A stretch of 59,673 nt of DNA from Paramecium tetraurelia (Eukaryota). Position numbers and translations under genes: made by a program. Position 1 is the stretch's first letter. Each line of letters begins with the position of its first letter. Where the stretch lies: the NCBI GenBank assembly GCA_000165425.1, contig CT868036.1:186001-245673 (forward strand), given 5' to 3'. Shown one piece after another: positions 54,054 through 59,673 of the stretch. Below the pieces are notes generated by a model. The model was not told the origin of the DNA. It saw only the letters and a list, made by a program, of their open reading frames with translations, and searched no databases.

Positions 54054-57000
54054 TCAATTTTAATCTGTATTTTGTGAACATTCTAAATTTGATTCCAAAA
54101 TTAAACCTCCTCTTTAACTAAATAATTTCTGTAAATCTATGCCTGAATGAGTTTGCAATTCTCCTTTAAATATTTTAGCTCCTTAAGCCTAAAATAATGG
54201 TTATTGGGATATTAGAAGAATAGTAATAATTTGGTTAACTAAATATAGAAAAATTGATACTACCTTCTACACTAAATGGAAGATTTTCAAGAGATGCATG
54301 AAATTTATTCTTAGTATCACAATTGATATTATTCAAGGGGTAAATTTATTGTTCAGACGAAATATCCCATAAGCGAATAGAATTATCCATGCTACCTGAA
54401 GCTAATAAAGTACCTAAAGGAGAAAAGCATACTGAAGTGACGTTTCTATAATGGCCAACTAGTTTAAATTTTTGCTATCCCGTCTTAACATCCCATAAAA
54501 GAATATTGTTGTTTGCACAGCCAGATGCTAATATAGTGCCATCAGAAGAGAAGCACACTGATTAGACAGCATCATCAAGACTATCTAATTTATAAGTTTA
54601 TTGTCCTGTTTCAGAATCCCATAAATGGATGGATTTATCTCTACTACCTGATGCTATCAGGGTACCATCAGGAGAAAAACATACCTAAAACACCCATCCA
54701 CTATTTCCAGATAATTTTGATTTTTGTTCTCCTGTCTTAACATTCCATAAACGAATAGATTCATCTGCGCTACAAGACACTAATGTAGAACCATTAGGTG
54801 AAAAGCAGATTGAAAAGACCCCGCCATCATGATTAGTTATTCTAGATTTTAGTTGTCCTGTGTTAACCTCCCACAAACGGATAGACTCATCTCCACCACC
54901 TGATGCTAGAATAGTACCGTCAGGTGAAAAGCATACTGAATATACTCCTTCAAAATGACCATCAAGTTTATATGTCAGTTTCCCTTGCTTAACATTCCAT
55001 AGTCGCACAGACATATCTCCACTGCTAGATGCTAATGAGGAACCATCAGGAGAGAAGCATACTTAACTGACATATTTACTATGACCATTTAATTTAACAT
55101 TTAGTTTCCCTGTCTTAACGTCCCATAAACAAATAGAGTTATCACCACTACCAGATGCTATTTAAGCACAATCAGGAGAGAAACATACTGAATAAACCCC
55201 ACTAGCATGACCAACTAAATTATATGGTTGTTGTCCTGTAATATCCCATAAACGCATAGACATGTCCTTACTGCCAGATACTAATGTAGCACCATCAGTA
55301 GAGAAGTTTACTGAACAAACCTAACTTCTATGACCTTTTAATTTAGATTTTAATTGCCCTAACTTAACATCCCATATACAAATCAATCCATCTTCATTAC
55401 CTGAAGCTAATATAGTGCCATCAGGAGAAAAACATATTGTAAAGACCCCAATACCGTTATTTTAAAATTTAAATTTTTATTATCCTACTATAGTATCCCA
55501 TAGACGTATAGACTTATCTTCACTACAAGATGCTAATGTGATACCATTCGGGGAATAGCATAATTACTGAACATGCTCAGTATGGCCCTCTAATGTAGAT
55601 TGTTATAGTCCTGTCATAACATCCCATAAGCGAATTGATTTATCCCCACTACTGACTGTAGCATCGCTAATAAAACCGGTGCCCGCCTTGTGTCCGCCTT
55701 TGTTGCGGTNNNNNNNNNNNNNNNNNNNNNNNNNNNNNNNNNNNNNNNNNNNNNNNNNNNNNNNNNNNNNNNNNNNNNNNNNNNNNNNNNNNNNNNNNNN
55801 NNNNNNNNNNNNNNNNNNNNNNNNNNNNNNNNNNNNNNNNNNNNNNNNNNNNNNNNNNNNNNNNNNNNNNNNNNNNNNNNNNNNNNNNNNNNNNNNNNNN
55901 NNNNNNNNNNNNNNNNNNNNNNNNTAATATCCCATAAACGGATTGTCCAATCATCACTACTAGATGCTATTTTTGAACCATCAGGGGAGAAGCATACACA
56001 TAGGACCCCACCTCCATGGCCAATTAATTTAGATTTTTTTTTTCTTGTCTTAATATCCCATAACCTAATAGAGTTATCTGCACTACCAGATGCTAATGTG
56101 TTACCATCAGGAGAGAAACTTATCGAATAAACTTAACTACTGTGGCCTATTAATTTAAATTTTGGTTGCCCTGTCCGAAAATCCCATAAACTGATAGACC
56201 CTTTATCATTGCCAGAAACTACTGTAGCACTATCAGGAGAGAAACAGACTGAAGAAATAGCGCCACTGTTTGAGTCTAAGTAATGTAACTCTTCTATTCT
56301 TATATTTTTCCATTTACAATACAACAATTAAGTTCCATTCAAGTTTATTCCACTTATATCTACGTTTTCAAATTCAGAACCACTCAAATTACATTTTACA
56401 AAATTACCTCCAATTAAAGATGTATTATGAATTTTGATATTTTAAAAACATTTTTTTGTTAAATCAACCTTCATTTGGACCAATAAATTAAGAGAATTTG
56501 ATCCACATTATATGAATTTATTATCAACAGATGTTAATTGGATAAGAAATAAAAAAAAATCTATATTCTTATTTTCTTTTGAAATTATATTTATGATTTT
56601 TTATCTACATTCTGTATATGTTTCAGTCGAATAATTATTTTTATTAAATTCATGTTCGTGGATTTATTTGAGAACATTAGTAACTTTATTAATATTATTT
56701 TAAACAGCATTTAACTTATTTTGGTTTTAGAAATTTTGTAAATTTTAATCCTAAAAGAAGTATTATTAGTAATGATTTTGATTTTGAACTTTAGAAAGAA
56801 ATTCTATACAATCTGAAATGTTTTTCTTCTTACATGATTTCAATTATCAAACTGAGTATTTACATATCAATATCTTTTAAGCGGAGTAAAAAGCTCGTAC
56901 AAATTATCTTTTTATTGATTTGGTTGAATCCTTGATTAAATTTATTTCTTACTTAATTAATGACTAAATTTCTTTCATTTTTTCAATTGACTTTTATTTA

Positions 57001-57515
57001 AAAGCCTTAAATTCTTCTTCCCATTAATTCTTTGCTCGTTCTAGCTTTAGAAGACAAGAGTTCTCCTAAGAAATCCAATCATTTAAAGTACTTGCTTTAA
57101 AAATTTGCACTAATGTCTCTAATTCAGTATATGTTGCATCTGCTAAATTAATATTATTGTTAATGATATTAAAATATGATGCACTTTCCATTTCAATCAC
57201 ATCTTATATCTAATTAATTGATTCTGATAATTTTTCCCAAAATTTTTTCAGCATACTTTGAATTTAAGAGAGCGCAGATTTTAAATTCATCTTCTGTTTG
57301 ATTAATTCTTATATCCCATCAAGTTTATATTCATTTAATATCTTAATGATCATTTCCTTAAAATTTTCAATCGTTACTGTCTATTCAACATCTACCCCAT
57401 GATCATCAAGGCATTACAAACACAGTTTCCTTAAAAACTACACACTTGTGAGAGAGCTTTACAAATATATGAAAATTGGATTTTTAAAATGAATAGGGCG
57501 CAACATCATTTTCAT
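54054..57515 (-). CDS. pentapeptide-repeat + WD40-repeat protein of the expanded Paramecium family; spans an assembly gap
   Basis: N-terminal RKLCLQCLDDHG; CGSNSLNLL..NTSLIGGNFVKCNLSGSEFENVDISGINLNG; about 14 visible GH..VCFSPDG..LASGS.D.SIRLWD repeats; TGA 54054-54056. Confidence 0.85.
54360..56290 (-). repeat. tandem WD40-coding repeats, ~126-nt period
   Basis: The LW[DNE] motif (cccataa/ccacaa on the + strand) recurs about every 126 nt. Confidence 0.9.
55710..55924. other. assembly gap (215 N)
   Basis: Run of N inside the WD40 array. Confidence 0.99.
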
Positions 57516-59673
57516 ATTCAAAAATAATGAATTTCAATAACTTTTTATTATTATACAATCCAGAAAAAGTATCTTTAGCATTTTAGAAGAAAAGTAAATT
57601 CGTTCATGATAAATAAGACGATAATTTTCTTAAGTTGATTTTTTTAAACGAATCTTACATTTCCATGCTGTTATGTTGTTTGCCTAGCTATTCTTATAAT
57701 AACTAATATGCAAACAAATAATAAAATTATTTTCTCTAGATTCATTTAAGGTATTATATTTCCACAGCCATTTCTTAATTATATAATATAAACAAGGTTG
57801 CCATTTTGAAGTCACAAATAATATCTTTATTCTCTCACACACTCCTTAATCTTATAAATCAATATTACACTTGATAACTAAGTTTTATTATTATTACCAA
57901 TAGTTGATATTCTATTTGAATTTAGAATTTGATTTCAATGAAGATATAAGATAAAAAGATTCGCTGATTGAAAAGGAGAAATTAAATCGTAGAATATCAT
58001 AAGCATGTGAGTTACATTTGGAGACAGAATTAAGTTCATATGAAAAAGAAATTGAAGCAGTGAAGTTGGGCAATTTGGGGGAAAAATTAATAACTAATTA
58101 CTAATTTACTTTCATAATTAATAGTAAGAAATAAATATTTTGATAAAATAGTTAATCAATTTAGGATTATTTTTTTCAATATATAAAATAAATAGCTTCT
58201 TAAACATTATAATTCATATATTAATTTTAGATGTATGATAGGATTTTATTTTATTCGAAATTGTTGTTTACAAAATGCTGTCAATAATTAAAAATAAAAT
58301 TTGAAGAAAGAAATGTCTTTACATCTAGTCCTTATTGTGCCATAATTTTGAATTCGCGCTGAAAAAATTTATATCCTTATGTAGAACAATTTATTGATTA
58401 GTTCAAACTAATGGTTTTAAATAGATCAATTATCATTACAATAATTTATAAATCTTTAAACAATGAGTTATATAAAATGGTTACTCTTTAGGAAAAATGG
58501 AAATAATTTATCATATGGAATTATGAGGTTGAAATTACTCAAATAATAATTCGATAACAGAAAAGATGTGAAGCATGAAAAATTACATGAATAACTTTTA
58601 ATACAATGGAGATAAGAAAAAAGAAAAGAAGAAACATTTAAAATTTCTACACCAATTTCGTTATAAATGGTATGCTGTTTAGATAATGATTTAATAAAAT
58701 ATAAACTTAAAATTTGTTTGTTAAAAAGGGTATTAGACCTATTTTTGTTGAAATGAGCTGAAATTATAATATGCTTATAAATTATCAAATATGAATAGTA
58801 ATCATAAAGAATAATCATTTAATTTATTATATTTTATTAATCGCTTTAAACCTATTTTTGATATTTTATAAAGGTTCTATTCTGATTGGTTAAATCATTG
58901 GAGGATAGAATGCTGAATTTTATGAAACATTATTGCATAATGTCAAAGATAGTCTTATCCTAAAAATGGTATCGTGTTTTTGAATCACTATTTTAGAACT
59001 CAAAAAGACATTTCAACATTATCAATTCTTATAATAAACAACAAGGTTTAAAAATGAATAATACACATTAAAATATTTGTAATGAATAAATGTAAACTTT
59101 TATGGATAATATAACTTTAACTATCTGATCATAAAATCTAATGAAAATATATTTTAGTATTTATTTAACCATAAATTACTTTTGAAAATATCTAATTATT
59201 AGACCCAATTTTTCGAAAAATAAAGTTTTTACTATTCTTTTCTATGTCATCTAGATTTTTTAATTTGTCTTTAAAAACCAACATTTTAAAGGTTATTGTT
59301 ATGCCCTAAAGAGCTTTAGCGGTTCCAATTAATTAATCTATCTTTTTGAACGATATTTAAAAAATTTCATTTCTTTCATCCTATGTATATGGCATTAGTT
59401 CATGACTATTAATTGATTATGGTTTTTTCAAAGAAAAATAAGTGAGCTTTATAAAATAAAGAATATCTTTGGGCTTATAAAAACACATATATCTTGGAAT
59501 AAAAAATTGAAAATGATCTCCTCTGTTAATGATTTAGCATAAGGAATTAATAAAAAAAACAAAAATGTGGAATTTAGGTAAACTCAATCATATCTTAAGA
59601 TTTTTATAAGCTCTGCTATTCCAGAATTCATTATAATAAAAGGCAAAAGTGTAAAATCATAAGATGAAATAGG

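Noticed and set aside
55660..55957. GC-rich sequence beside the gap and the X-containing ORFs in the track
   Set aside because: The ~50 nt break the WD40 pattern right at a contig end; most likely low-quality read end or vector carry-over. The ORFs exist only because N codons do not stop.
1..59673. tRNA/rRNA genes, CRISPR arrays, telomeric repeats, retained IESs
   Set aside because: None recognised by eye; IESs cannot be called without a germline/somatic comparison.

Overview
AT-rich ciliate DNA that looks like a Paramecium macronuclear scaffold. Genes read only with TAA/TAG = Gln and TGA as the sole stop, and contain 20-33 nt GT..AG introns, so the standard-code ORF track shows only fragments. 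All translations here were done by hand in the ciliate code; no searches were run. The first ~40.7 kb is densely packed with about 25 genes: a DWNN-RING-YTH fusion, a CAMK-group kinase, SF3B2, WDR12/Ytm1, a VSR-like protein, a NIMA kinase, a cystatin-like protein, a ~2,100-aa pseudo-E2/E1 fusion, V-ATPase H, IFT57, two pseudokinases, a DHHC acyltransferase, a small permuted papain-like enzyme, an RBR E3, a MAPKKK, a divergent eIF4E and a Myb protein. The last ~19 kb is gene-poor, with a decayed IS630/Tc1-like transposase, a ULK-like kinase, a Gln/Gly-repeat pseudogene and a pentapeptide/WD40 gene spanning a 215-N gap. The most striking items are an RBBP6/Mpe1-like DWNN-RING protein fused to a YTH (m6A-reader-type) domain, and a BIRC6/UBE2O-type E2 domain lacking its catalytic Cys fused in frame to an apparently active UBA1-like E1.
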